A DNA stretch of 64,000 nucleotides, from NCBI GenBank assembly GCA_964392465.1, contig CAYMPC010000002.1, positions 14,993 through 78,992 of the forward strand, read 5' to 3'. Origin of the DNA: an uncultured Methanosarcinales archaeon. Lineage in GTDB: Archaea > Nanobdellota > Nanobdellia > Woesearchaeales > GW2011-AR15. The notes beneath the pieces are model-generated. The model saw only the letters and a list, made by a program, of their open reading frames with translations. It did no database searches and was not told the DNA's origin. Positions 1-8,983 of this stretch are shown here, piece after piece; position 1 is the first letter of the stretch; every line of letters begins with the position of its first letter. The translations under genes and the position numbers were made by a program.

Positions 1-259
1 CCAAATCAGAAAAAATATACACTTTTTCTTGTTCCTCGCTCAATTCTTTTAATGTTTTCTCACTTAATTGTTTGATAATTGAAAGAGAATACTTAAATCC
101 CTCTTTTTCAAGTGCAAGTATCATCAAAGAAGCAGCGCATATTCCATCAGCATCATGATGAGAAATTAACCTAATTACGTTTTCTTTTTTAATTTTCTTT
201 AATCTATCAGAAACCTTTTTAATATATTTCTTGAATAATTCATATTTCACAATTATCAC
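1..259 (-). CDS. DHH-family phosphoesterase (RecJ/GAN-like), N-terminal fragment running off the window
   Basis: Reverse translation gives VKYELFKKYIKKVSDRLKKIKKENVIRLISHHDADGICAASLMILALEKEGF. The ISHHDADG motif matches DHH motif I of archaeal RecJ-like proteins. Start codon uncertain (GTG near 248-259). Confidence 0.45.
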   Translation of the reverse strand, partial: MIIVKYELFKKYIKKVSDRLKKIKKENVIRLISHHDADGICAASLMILALEKEGFKYSLSIIKQLSEKTLKELSEEQEKVYIFSDL

Positions 260-286
260 AAAAATAAAAAATAAAAATTAAAAAAA

Positions 287-742
287 CTATTCAACCAAGA
301 GTTTTACTCTTGTAGGATCATAGTTCCATGATAAAGGCAGTTTACCTGTTTTCTTGTAATATTTTACAAGTCTTCTTATCTTTGATTCAGTAAGCATTAA
401 GCCTCTTTTTGCAGTATAGTCTTTTTTATTTGCTTCAAGATGCTTCTGAAGATCAATTACTCTTTTTAATAAAGAACTTAAATTCTCAGGAATCTTTGGC
501 AATAATTCTTTTTTATCCAAAATGTCAGAGATATTTTTCTTAAGCACTACCTTAACATCAGGAATACCATATACATCTCTTAATATAATCCCTATTGTTG
601 AAGGAGCATTCCCTTCCTTTGCTAATTTTATAATTAGCATTTCAATTTCTTTTGGTTTATAGTTCATCCAGGTATAGCTACCTTTTTTAGATGGCTTTTT
701 TGAGCCAGATTTACCTTTCCTTCTTGAATGCATTCTTGCCAT
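287..742 (-). CDS. rps15: 30S ribosomal protein uS15 (archaeal S15P/S13e)
   Basis: N-terminus MARMHSRRKGKSGSKKP and 151 aa length are typical of archaeal/eukaryotic uS15. Confidence 0.9.
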   Translation of the reverse strand: MARMHSRRKGKSGSKKPSKKGSYTWMNYKPKEIEMLIIKLAKEGNAPSTIGIILRDVYGIPDVKVVLKKNISDILDKKELLPKIPENLSSLLKRVIDLQKHLEANKKDYTAKRGLMLTESKIRRLVKYYKKTGKLPLSWNYDPTRVKLLVE

Positions 743-939
743 TCTTATTACCTCATCTATCTTTTTTTATTATATGGAGAATTAGTAAACAAATCCTCCA
801 GTATAAGTCCGTCTTTCAACAGGTCTTATCTTTTGTTAGAGCATGAGAAAATATGGTTGTTTAAAAACGTTTTGGATATAGATATATTAAACTTACAAAT
901 AGCACTATCTTTTAATATAAATATTAACTCCGGCTTTTT

Positions 940-1569
940 ATGAGAATCCCTGCACTTTATAAGCCAGCAACAGTAGTAATGGCAAATATTTTATATAAAC
1001 CAGCATTAGAGGGATTAGAATTATATCCTATCGAGAAGTACTCTCTGTCAACCTTTCCAGTATATAAATGCTTAGATAAAACAGTATTTGTCATTGTTAA
1101 AATGGTACCTATGAGAAACCAAATACTTGTTCAGAATTTATCAAATGAAAGAGACTTATTGATTATTTTTGAAGGGCATCCAATGTTGCCTACTTTTTTG
1201 AGATATGAAACAGAAGTACAAGCATCTCCATTAACTTATTTAACGAATTTTATTAGATTTAAAAAAGTTAAAAGAGACTATCTAGATATCTTAGTAAGAA
1301 ACTATATAGAAGGAACACTTTTTGACAAAGATACCCTAATTACAAACACAAGAGAACAAAATATATTAATAGATTTGCTTAAGGAAGCGCATAAACAGGG
1401 ATATGCAGGTATATGTACAGGTAATTATAAAAATTATTTGAGAGATAATAACTCTAAACTTTTCTTATTAGATATAGGTGCAAGAGTAAATCGCCAATTA
1501 ACTGATTCTTCTCAATTCAATGAAGAAGTTATGAGGGACTTTTCCAATCTAGAAAAAAAATTCAATTGA
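940..1569 (+). CDS. hypothetical protein, possibly a degenerate small kinase-like fold
   Basis: 209-aa ORF between two minus-strand genes. YAGICTGNYKNYL...LFLLDIGARVN weakly resembles a kinase catalytic loop and DFG region. Not confidently assigned. Confidence 0.3.
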   Translation: MRIPALYKPATVVMANILYKPALEGLELYPIEKYSLSTFPVYKCLDKTVFVIVKMVPMRNQILVQNLSNERDLLIIFEGHPMLPTFLRYETEVQASPLTYLTNFIRFKKVKRDYLDILVRNYIEGTLFDKDTLITNTREQNILIDLLKEAHKQGYAGICTGNYKNYLRDNNSKLFLLDIGARVNRQLTDSSQFNEEVMRDFSNLEKKFN

Positions 1570-1810
1570 ATACAGCAACAGTAACACCATCTCCCCCTTC
1601 ATTAGTTTTTCCTCTCCTTAAGCTTTTTACATAAGAAAAAGATCTTAACATTGCTCTTATATTCTGTTTCAAAATACCTTTTCCATGACCATGTATAATA
1701 AAAACTTCAGGATATCCTCTTTGATAAAAGCCAATTAAATTTGCCCTGACAAGATTACAGGCACTTTCAGAAGTCATCCCATGAACATCTATTTTTGGTG
1801 TTTCGTACAT
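1562..1810 (-). CDS. Smr-domain protein (MutS2-related small nuclease domain)
   Basis: 82 aa; VHGMTSESA...IIHGHGKGILKQ matches the Smr 'DLHG...GkGtG.L' pattern. Confidence 0.6.
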   Translation of the reverse strand: MYETPKIDVHGMTSESACNLVRANLIGFYQRGYPEVFIIHGHGKGILKQNIRAMLRSFSYVKSLRRGKTNEGGDGVTVAVFN

Positions 1811-1852
1811 TCTAACTTTAAAAGATTGAAAAAATGAAAATTAATAAAAAAC

Positions 1853-2593
1853 TTATTGTATTGTCCATCCTCCATCTACGATAATTGTTTGCCCAGTAAC
1901 ATATTTTGACATATCAGAGGCAAGATATAAAACAGCGCCTGCTATATCTTCAGGAGTGCCAAATCTTTTTAAAGGAATAATGGCAGCTGTCTTTGCTTTT
2001 GTTTCATCATCCATTGCTCCTGTAGCTCCTGGTGTTTCTATTGCACCAGGTAGAACAGCATTTACATTTATTCCATTTGGAGCAAGATCTAATGCCATTC
2101 CTCTAGTTAGTCCATTTACTCCTCCTTTTGACGAGCAGTAATGAGATAATCCTGCAAAAGCTTGCACAGAGGCAATTGAAGAGATATTTACAATCCTGCT
2201 TCCTTGCTGCATTACTTTTGCTGATTGCTGAGATAAGAAAAATAACCCTTTTAGATTTATGTCCATCAATTTATCCCAGTCCTTCTCAGAGATTTCCAAT
2301 GTATTCTTATAAGGATAAATCCCTGCATTATTAACAAGAATATCTATTCTTCCAAACGCTTTCATTGTCTTTTTAACTAACTCATTAATTTCATTTAGTT
2401 TTGCCATGTCGCATTTTATTCCTATAGCATTTACACTATAACTAGTTTTTATCTCATTTGCAACTTGCTGACAACTCTTTTGATCAAGATCACTAATAAC
2501 AACATTTGCACCATTTTTTGCAAGCTCTTTTGCAATTCCCAAACCAATTCCTTTTACAGAACCAGTAACAATAGCCACTTTATCTTTTAGCAT
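1853..2593 (-). CDS. short-chain dehydrogenase/reductase (3-oxoacyl-ACP reductase-like)
   Basis: TGSVKGIGLGIA Rossmann motif (TGxxxGIG), NNAG motif, and catalytic S...YCSSK (YxxxK). Confidence 0.85.
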   Translation of the reverse strand: MLKDKVAIVTGSVKGIGLGIAKELAKNGANVVISDLDQKSCQQVANEIKTSYSVNAIGIKCDMAKLNEINELVKKTMKAFGRIDILVNNAGIYPYKNTLEISEKDWDKLMDINLKGLFFLSQQSAKVMQQGSRIVNISSIASVQAFAGLSHYCSSKGGVNGLTRGMALDLAPNGINVNAVLPGAIETPGATGAMDDETKAKTAAIIPLKRFGTPEDIAGAVLYLASDMSKYVTGQTIIVDGGWTIQ

Positions 2594-2870
2594 ATTCTCA
2601 CCTCTTTATTTGAATCTTTTTAATCTTTTAAAAAGTTTTAGATATATAAATATAGCTTATATAGTTATATAGAAAGATATGTTAAGCTAAGCTTGAATTT
2701 TTAAGCCATCCATATATTTTTTCAGCTGCTATTTCATGTCCATACTTATTAGGGTGAGTAAAATCGCTTTTTTTTACTTTTAGGTTATTCATCCCAAAGT
2801 TACTAAATTCTTCAATTAATAATATATTAGAGATGTTTTTTTCAATCATGAAGTCTATCATTAATTTATC

Positions 2871-3743
2871 TCAAAACTCTTGATTTTCATAAGAAGACAA
2901 TTCAGGAAAAACAATAACTAATAAAGAAATATTATTTTTTTTGCATATATTATGTAAATCTTCCATAGCTTTTTTAGCAACTTCCATAGAAGGATCATAA
3001 TATTTTATTTTTCCTTTAATATTTTCTTTTAATAATTGATAAATTCCTAAATTTAATAATTGATATGCTTTTGATTTTTCAGCTAAAAAAAAGGTTATTT
3101 TTTCTGGAAAAACTAAAATCAGTGGAATAGGTGGCATCTCTATATGATTAGTATAAATTTTTTGATCTATCTGGTAAATCAATCTTTCCGCATAATCAGA
3201 ACGATCATATGCAAGAAGAACAATATCAGGGTTATAAGACAATCCTTTTTTTTCAAACCATATCTTTTCCTGTAAAGTGTTATAACCACCAACAGCAGCG
3301 TTTAACACCTCATACTTTTTGTTATTAGTGTTTAATTTTTTTTCAAGAATCTTTGAAAAAATATCTGATTGATTTACATTAGCGCCATATGCAATAGAAT
3401 CTCCTAATATCAATATTCTTGTAATATTAAATGGCTTTATTTTGGAATAATTTTGATCTGATCTAAATCCTCTATCATTGTGATAATATTCTGCACCAGT
3501 TTCCTCTTGATACTCATAATAATTTGGTTTGTTGGTATAAATCAAAATAGGATTATCAGATTTTACAATAAAACTGTCTAAAACAAGGACGTCTTGTAAT
3601 TTAAGCTTCGGTTTTGCTATGAATCTCGCAAAAATTTCAACAAATAAACCACATAAAATTAAGATTAACAAAAAAAATAGAAATATGAGCAAACCTTTTG
3701 TAATTTGTCTTTTATAACTTTTTTTAATTATATCTGCTTTCAC
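2871..3743 (-). CDS. membrane-anchored SGNH/GDSL-family hydrolase
   Basis: N-terminal TM helix; ILILGDSIAYG GDSL block; hydrophilic C-terminal domain. Confidence 0.6.
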   Translation of the reverse strand: MKADIIKKSYKRQITKGLLIFLFFLLILILCGLFVEIFARFIAKPKLKLQDVLVLDSFIVKSDNPILIYTNKPNYYEYQEETGAEYYHNDRGFRSDQNYSKIKPFNITRILILGDSIAYGANVNQSDIFSKILEKKLNTNNKKYEVLNAAVGGYNTLQEKIWFEKKGLSYNPDIVLLAYDRSDYAERLIYQIDQKIYTNHIEMPPIPLILVFPEKITFFLAEKSKAYQLLNLGIYQLLKENIKGKIKYYDPSMEVAKKAMEDLHNICKKNNISLLVIVFPELSSYENQEF

Positions 3744-3786
3744 TTTTTTTAATCTTTACCTATCTTATTGTGGACAAAATAGAGAT

Positions 3787-3857
3787 AGCCCCGCCAGGAT
3801 TCGAACCTGGGTCCCCTCCTCCAAAGGGAGAGATGATTGGCCGCTACACTACGGGGC
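3787..3857 (-). tRNA. tRNA-Gln (anticodon UUG)
   Basis: Minus-strand reading is GCCCCGTAGTGTAGCGGCCAATCATCTCTCCCTTTGGAGGAGGGGACCCAGGTTCGAATCCTGGCGGGGCT. It has a 7-bp acceptor stem, the archaeal GTGTAG..GGCCAATCAT D-arm, anticodon loop CUUUGGA (UUG at 34-36) and a GGTTCGAATCC T-loop. No encoded CCA. Confidence 0.75.
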
Positions 3858-3903
3858 TATATATAAAAATAAAAAGAAAAAAGCTTATCTTAAAAAGTTT
3901 ACC

Positions 3904-4359
3904 CTAATAAAGCCTATTCATATAATAATCTTCAGCAAACATTTTCTTTGCTTCTTTATCAAATTTGAAAAAAGTGAAATATTTATAGACTGCAATATCT
4001 CTTACTATTCCAACAATCTCTCCTTTTTTATCTATTAATACCATTCTTGATACTTTATGCTTATTAAATTCATCTACAAGCTCGTCTATCTCTAAATCTT
4101 TGCTTACCATTCTGACAGGAGAGGACATAATCTCTTTGGCAGTTGTTTCTTCCATACTCTTATTTTTTGAAATTTGCCTAAGTATATCATTTACAGTGAT
4201 AATTCCTTTAATCGAGTTATTTTCCATAACTAGAATTGATCCAATATTATTGGAATGCAAAGATGTTGCTACTTCTTTTAGAGAATCCCTAGTGTTACAA
4301 AAAAATACCTTTTTTCTTGCGATATCATAAGCTGTTTTTACAAAAGACGTTTTAACCAC
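3904..4359 (-). CDS. CBS-domain pair protein
   Basis: 151 aa with two CBS-like repeats (SILVMENNSIKGIITVNDIL and VSRMVLIDKKGEIVGIVRDIAV). Confidence 0.75.
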   Translation of the reverse strand: MVKTSFVKTAYDIARKKVFFCNTRDSLKEVATSLHSNNIGSILVMENNSIKGIITVNDILRQISKNKSMEETTAKEIMSSPVRMVSKDLEIDELVDEFNKHKVSRMVLIDKKGEIVGIVRDIAVYKYFTFFKFDKEAKKMFAEDYYMNRLY

Positions 4360-4437
4360 CCCTTAAAAGCCATATATCAAAGTGATATATATACTTTGTG
4401 AAAGAGAGAAAAAGAAAAAATGAGAAAATGTGAAAAA

Positions 4438-5208
4438 TCATTCCTTTCTTACTGCCCAGAGATTAAGCATATTTTCTTCCATAAAATGCAACTTTCCTGG
4501 AATTATTATGCAATGCAAAGGATCTCCAAAATCATATTTCAATAAATCAGAAGCTTTTCCATATTTAATCAATTGGTTATCGCTGCCTATCCTAGCACAT
4601 CCTACGATCCTTATATCCTTACTAAAAATCTTTTCTTTTCTTTTCTCTTCTATCTCTAACAACTGTGTTATTGCCTCATTCACAGACATATATCTGTTTT
4701 TGTCTTTTTTGATATCTAATAATAAAAGCGTATGCAAATCAGCTTCTTTATTCTGTTTTATCACATCATAAGGAGTTTCTGGCTTAAAAGATGGTTCAAA
4801 ATAAGGCATTGAAGTTGTTTTTCCATATTTGTATAATTCCAATCCAACAACGCCCACTGCATTTAATATTGAAGTGTTATGTATAATTTTAATTTCAATA
4901 CCTTTTTCTTTAGCTCTCAAGAACAAATCAACATGGGTAGTAGCGGAAAAAACATCTCCTATAACAAGAAACCCAATATTCTTTTCAGCTGCCTTGTCTA
5001 AAATCTCCTCAGCTCTTTTTTCAACAAGCTCTCTGCTTGCCAAGAAAATCTTTTTCTCATATAGCTTCTCAAGTTTCTCTATGCTTACATTGAGCTTTGA
5101 AGTGTAATCTTCTAAAAACAAGTAGTCACATTTTTTAATAGCTTCTAGACCTTTTAAAGTAATATCTTTTTCATCATTTAGTCCTAGGCCTATCATATAC
5201 AACGTCAT
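4438..5208 (-). CDS. dph5: diphthine synthase (tetrapyrrole-methylase fold)
   Basis: MTLYMIGLGLNDEKDITLKGLEAIKKCDYLFLEDYTS is a typical archaeal DphB N-terminus; 256 aa. Confidence 0.85.
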   Translation of the reverse strand: MTLYMIGLGLNDEKDITLKGLEAIKKCDYLFLEDYTSKLNVSIEKLEKLYEKKIFLASRELVEKRAEEILDKAAEKNIGFLVIGDVFSATTHVDLFLRAKEKGIEIKIIHNTSILNAVGVVGLELYKYGKTTSMPYFEPSFKPETPYDVIKQNKEADLHTLLLLDIKKDKNRYMSVNEAITQLLEIEEKRKEKIFSKDIRIVGCARIGSDNQLIKYGKASDLLKYDFGDPLHCIIIPGKLHFMEENMLNLWAVRKE

Positions 5209-5267
5209 AATAAAACAAAAACAGGTTTTTTATTAAAAATGTTTTGAAAAAAAAGAAAAAATAAGAT

Positions 5268-5312
5268 GCCTCTATCCATAAAAGTTTTCGGGGGTGATTT
5301 ACAGATAGAGGC
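5268..5312 (-). terminator. perfect 9-bp inverted repeat hairpin downstream of ftsZ
   Basis: GCCTCTATC (5268-5276) and GATAGAGGC (5304-5312) flank a 27-nt G-rich loop, between convergently ordered minus-strand genes. Confidence 0.3.
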
Positions 5313-5367
5313 AAGAAGGCACCACAAAGACTAAGGGGTGATCTTGAGTTTATCTATAATCATATGC

Positions 5368-6432
5368 CTATTTGACAATCTCAATTCCGAGTTCGTCAGA
5401 CACTTGCATCATTTTTCTGTCTGCAGAAGCTGTTCTGTCAGATTTTCCCAATATCCAGGGACTTTTTACCCCTGTTACAATTGTCATGACAGTAACTTTT
5501 CCTTTCATTTCTTCAAGGACTCTTGCTCCCCAGATGACGTTTGCATCTTCATCTAGGCTTTCTGTAACCAATTCTCCTATTTTGTTAATCTCTTCTAATG
5601 TCAAATCAGGACCGCCGCATACATGTATCAAAGCTCCTGTTGCTCCTTCATAGTTGATGTCCAATAAAGGATTGCTCAATGCTCCTCTTACAGCTTCTTC
5701 TACTCTGTTATTTGTGTCAGATGCTCCTACTCCAATAGCAGCAACTCCTCCGTTGCTCATGATTGCTTTGACATCTGCATAGTCAAGGTTGACTAAAGAA
5801 GGTAGGGCTATTGTCTCAACAATTCCTTTAATCATTGTTGCTATAAGTTCATTTGCAACTGCAAATGCTTGTCTTATTGGCAGATTGCCTGCTATTTGAA
5901 CTAATCTATTATTATCTATAACAATTACAGTATCACACATTTGCCTTAATTGTTGCAAGCCGAATTCAGCTTTATCTACTCTTGCTCTTTCAATCTTAAA
6001 AGGCATTGTGACTGTTCCAATAACAATTGAACCAGTGCTTTTGGCAACTTCTGCTATAACTGGAGCGCTTCCTGTTCCTGTCCCTCCTCCCATTCCTGCG
6101 CACACAAACACCATATCTGCACCTTTTAGTGCATCTTTAATCTCATTTATTTGCTCATGAGCAGCCTCAGCTCCTCTTTCAGGAAAGCCACCACAGCCTA
6201 ATCCTCTTGTTGTGTCTTTTCCAATCAAGAATTTTCTATCAGCTTCTGTGATGCTTAAATGCTGCTGATCTGTGTTGCAGGCAATTATTTCTGCTCCTTT
6301 TATCCCTTTCTGGTAAAGCCAGTTTACCATGTTATTGCCAGCTCCGCCAGCCCCAATTACTTTGATTGTGGCTTGGTTTATATTTAGTGCTTCAAATTCT
6401 GCTCCCTTTCGGGAAGGTTCTTCAAAGTCCAT
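5368..6432 (-). CDS. ftsZ: cell division GTPase FtsZ
   Basis: IKVIGAGGAGNN; GGGTGTGSAPVIA tubulin signature; NLDYADV T7 loop. Confidence 0.95.
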   Translation of the reverse strand: MDFEEPSRKGAEFEALNINQATIKVIGAGGAGNNMVNWLYQKGIKGAEIIACNTDQQHLSITEADRKFLIGKDTTRGLGCGGFPERGAEAAHEQINEIKDALKGADMVFVCAGMGGGTGTGSAPVIAEVAKSTGSIVIGTVTMPFKIERARVDKAEFGLQQLRQMCDTVIVIDNNRLVQIAGNLPIRQAFAVANELIATMIKGIVETIALPSLVNLDYADVKAIMSNGGVAAIGVGASDTNNRVEEAVRGALSNPLLDINYEGATGALIHVCGGPDLTLEEINKIGELVTESLDEDANVIWGARVLEEMKGKVTVMTIVTGVKSPWILGKSDRTASADRKMMQVSDELGIEIVK

Positions 6433-6729
6433 TTTTTTTGACCCCCACCGTTGTCCTTGTGTGTTTTTTATTTATTATAGAATATATTTTTTAAAATATA
6501 TATTTTGATATATATTTTAATATAGCCAAACATTTAAATATCAGTTTGGAATATACTCTATTCTAGAAAAAGCCAATTATTTTGTTTAAAGCCAAAGTTT
6601 CTCGTCTAAAAAGCCAAACGAGTTAGGTGTAGGATTAAAAAGCCCTAATAACCCCACAGCTTTTTTATTATTTAAATTCCTATTTAAATCTTATTGTATT
6701 ATAAAATATATTTTAGAGAATATAGATAT

Positions 6730-7443
6730 CTATTTTTTTATGCTTTTTCTCTTGGAGAAAACATCTTTTCCTGTATCGACAACATCACTTATCAATCTCG
6801 ATATTTTGTCAAAGACAATTGGGTTTTGGAATACTCTTTCCATATTTGCAATCCTAGATCCATATACTTCAAAATAGCAAACATTTTCTAAGGTATAATG
6901 AGTAGGAGCAGGGACAATTTCATCTGGGTATCCTAGAGGAAGAATTGCCTGTGGTCTGACTTCTTCAGGGATATTGGCTACTCTTCTGAGCATATTCTCG
7001 TCAAAAGCACCAACCCAAGTGGAACTTAATCCAAGAGCATGTGCAGTAAGGAGCATGTTTTCTATTGCCGCAGCACAATTTTGTATTGCATACAATCTTT
7101 CTCCTCTTATCCCATAAAACTGCTTACTCTTTTCAATCTCAGCACATACAACAACAATTACAGGAGCTTCAGCAATCCACATTTGTTGCATTGCTGCCTC
7201 TGCAATCTTTTGTTTATTCTCTTTATTTCTTATAAGGATAAATTTCCAATTCTGAAGATTTCCTGCACTTGGAGCGTATCTTCCAGCATCCAAAATTACA
7301 CCTAATATCTCCATTGGTATATCTTGAGAAGAATATTTTCTGATAGATCTTCTGGTAGCTATAGCTTCAAAGACATTCATCTTTATTGTTTCTGTATTAA
7401 AAGCAGTTTCTTTTTTTTCTTGATCTTTCTTTTCTTCAGACAT
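6730..7443 (-). CDS. nitroreductase-family flavoprotein
   Basis: RRSIRKY...PSAGNLQNW nitroreductase signature. Confidence 0.8.
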   Translation of the reverse strand: MSEEKKDQEKKETAFNTETIKMNVFEAIATRRSIRKYSSQDIPMEILGVILDAGRYAPSAGNLQNWKFILIRNKENKQKIAEAAMQQMWIAEAPVIVVVCAEIEKSKQFYGIRGERLYAIQNCAAAIENMLLTAHALGLSSTWVGAFDENMLRRVANIPEEVRPQAILPLGYPDEIVPAPTHYTLENVCYFEVYGSRIANMERVFQNPIVFDKISRLISDVVDTGKDVFSKRKSIKK

Positions 7444-7540
7444 AAGTTTCTTTTAAGGATAGCTCCTTTAAATATTTTGTTATATCTCTTGTTGTTCCAA
7501 AAATGAAACACTGTTTCAAAAATGAAAAGATTTAAATATT

Positions 7541-8086
7541 GTGCATGAATCACAACTAGGTATGGAGATAACAGAGCTCCTTCAGAGCTTTTTTGATACA
7601 AAGATGCTAAGTATCATTAAACTGTTTCTAAAAGAAGATGGCAAGCAATATTATCTAAGGGAGATTTCAAAGTTAACTAAAGTAAGTCCTGCTTCAACAT
7701 ATAGGATTCTGAAAAAACTTGTTGATCTTCAGGTTATTACCTTAACTGAAATCAAGACTGCAAAGTTATATAGCCTTAATACTGGAAAGACAGTTGAGTT
7801 ATTGAGATCCTTCCTTGAAATAGATGTTATTCAATCTTTTGTTGAAAAAGCATCTGCAGTAGAAGGGGTTGATGAACTTTATTTATATGGTAAAAAAGAA
7901 AAAAGCAAGGCAACAATCTTTATTCTTGGACCAAATATTGAAAAAAACCAGATCAAACAAATAATAAATGATTTTAAGGAAAGGCATAATTTTAGCATTT
8001 TAGATAATTATTTCACAAAAGAGCAATATGATCAGATACAAGGGTTATTTGCAGAAACTAAAAAACTCTTATATAAAAAAGCCTGA
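7541..8086 (+). CDS. winged-helix DNA-binding protein (putative transcriptional regulator)
   Basis: YYLREISKLTKVSPASTYRILKKLVDLQVITL wHTH; paralogous to the 58363 protein. Confidence 0.5.
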   Translation: MHESQLGMEITELLQSFFDTKMLSIIKLFLKEDGKQYYLREISKLTKVSPASTYRILKKLVDLQVITLTEIKTAKLYSLNTGKTVELLRSFLEIDVIQSFVEKASAVEGVDELYLYGKKEKSKATIFILGPNIEKNQIKQIINDFKERHNFSILDNYFTKEQYDQIQGLFAETKKLLYKKA

Positions 8087-8292
8087 TTTTTAATTATTAA
8101 ATCTCTTGTTTTTTATAGTATATATTAAAAATATTCTAATCTAATTAAACTTCAGAATTTTTTTACTTTATTCTTATAAATAATTAGCAGAGGAACTTTC
8201 CTCTGCGATATACGGGACTAGCCATAATCCCGCAATGATAAAGTAAGCTATGATATTTCTAAATAATAATTATAATAAGATAAAAAGAGAAA

Positions 8293-8468
8293 GGCTCCCT
8301 TTTCTTTTTCTTTGTGGGGAGGGGTTTTCAAGAAATAAGGGTTTTAAGGGAGCCTTGAGTATGATTTTGTTATTTTTTCTTCCTTAAGAATCCTCAGTTC
8401 CTTAAGGGGGTTTTAGGCTCCCTTTCTTTTTTGTGGGGTGGGGTTTGTAGAATTCATGAAAGGGAGCC
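8293..8468. repeat. two tandem imperfect copies of a structured element (GGCTCCC ... GGGAGCC stems enclosing G-rich, T-rich loops)
   Basis: Unit A 8293-8354 and unit B 8416-8468 share GGCTCCCTTTCTTTT..GTGGGG(A/T)GGGGTTT..GGGAGCC. In the intergenic gap between convergent genes. Confidence 0.5.
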
Positions 8469-8507
8469 CAGTTATCATGAATTTTGTGAATTTATGATTT
8501 TGAATTT

Positions 8508-8915
8508 TTACTTTTTATAATCTAAAGGAGGCTGTCTCAGTTCTTGGAGCCACATCAATCCTATTTTCATCATATTTTTGTTGAACTTTTCTGATAATCT
8601 GTATGTTTTTTTATAAAGATCGTAATCAATGATGCCCATGGATTTCATGGGCGTCAAGATCCTATCATAAAATTGTCTCTTGTTATAAGAGATTTTTACC
8701 TTCTTGCCTCTGTATTCCGGCTCTTCTAGTTCGGTTATTAGCTCTCCATCATGCAACTTAGTAGCAAATAGAGACATTTCAGTTTTACCGATTTCGCCGT
8801 TGTTCTCCTTCATATGTCTTATCAGGAGCTTTGCAACAATCACCTGTTGCTTTGTTGCAAAGATAATCTCGTATATGTCTTCGGGTAAATTAAATTGGTC
8901 AAACAATAACACCAT
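8508..8915 (-). CDS. hypothetical protein
   Basis: 135-aa ORF with codon usage typical of the window; no recognisable motif. Confidence 0.4.
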   Translation of the reverse strand: MVLLFDQFNLPEDIYEIIFATKQQVIVAKLLIRHMKENNGEIGKTEMSLFATKLHDGELITELEEPEYRGKKVKISYNKRQFYDRILTPMKSMGIIDYDLYKKTYRLSEKFNKNMMKIGLMWLQELRQPPLDYKK

Positions 8916-8983
8916 TTATAATATAAAATACAAACTAGTATATAAATGTTACGTTTTTTTAAACTAGTATAGAAAAAGGTATA

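Noticed and set aside
728-943. 71-aa plus-strand ORF from the track
   Set aside because: It overlaps the 5' end of rps15 and the likely promoter region. It is low complexity and AT-rich, so likely spurious.
1956-2334. Plus-strand ORFs (61 and 68 aa) inside the SDR gene
   Set aside because: They are antisense to a well-supported CDS and have no motifs.
4100-5107. Several plus-strand ORFs antisense to the CBS and diphthine-synthase genes
   Set aside because: They are antisense shadows of confidently assigned genes.
5338-5653. Plus-strand ORFs antisense to ftsZ
   Set aside because: They are antisense to an unambiguous ftsZ.
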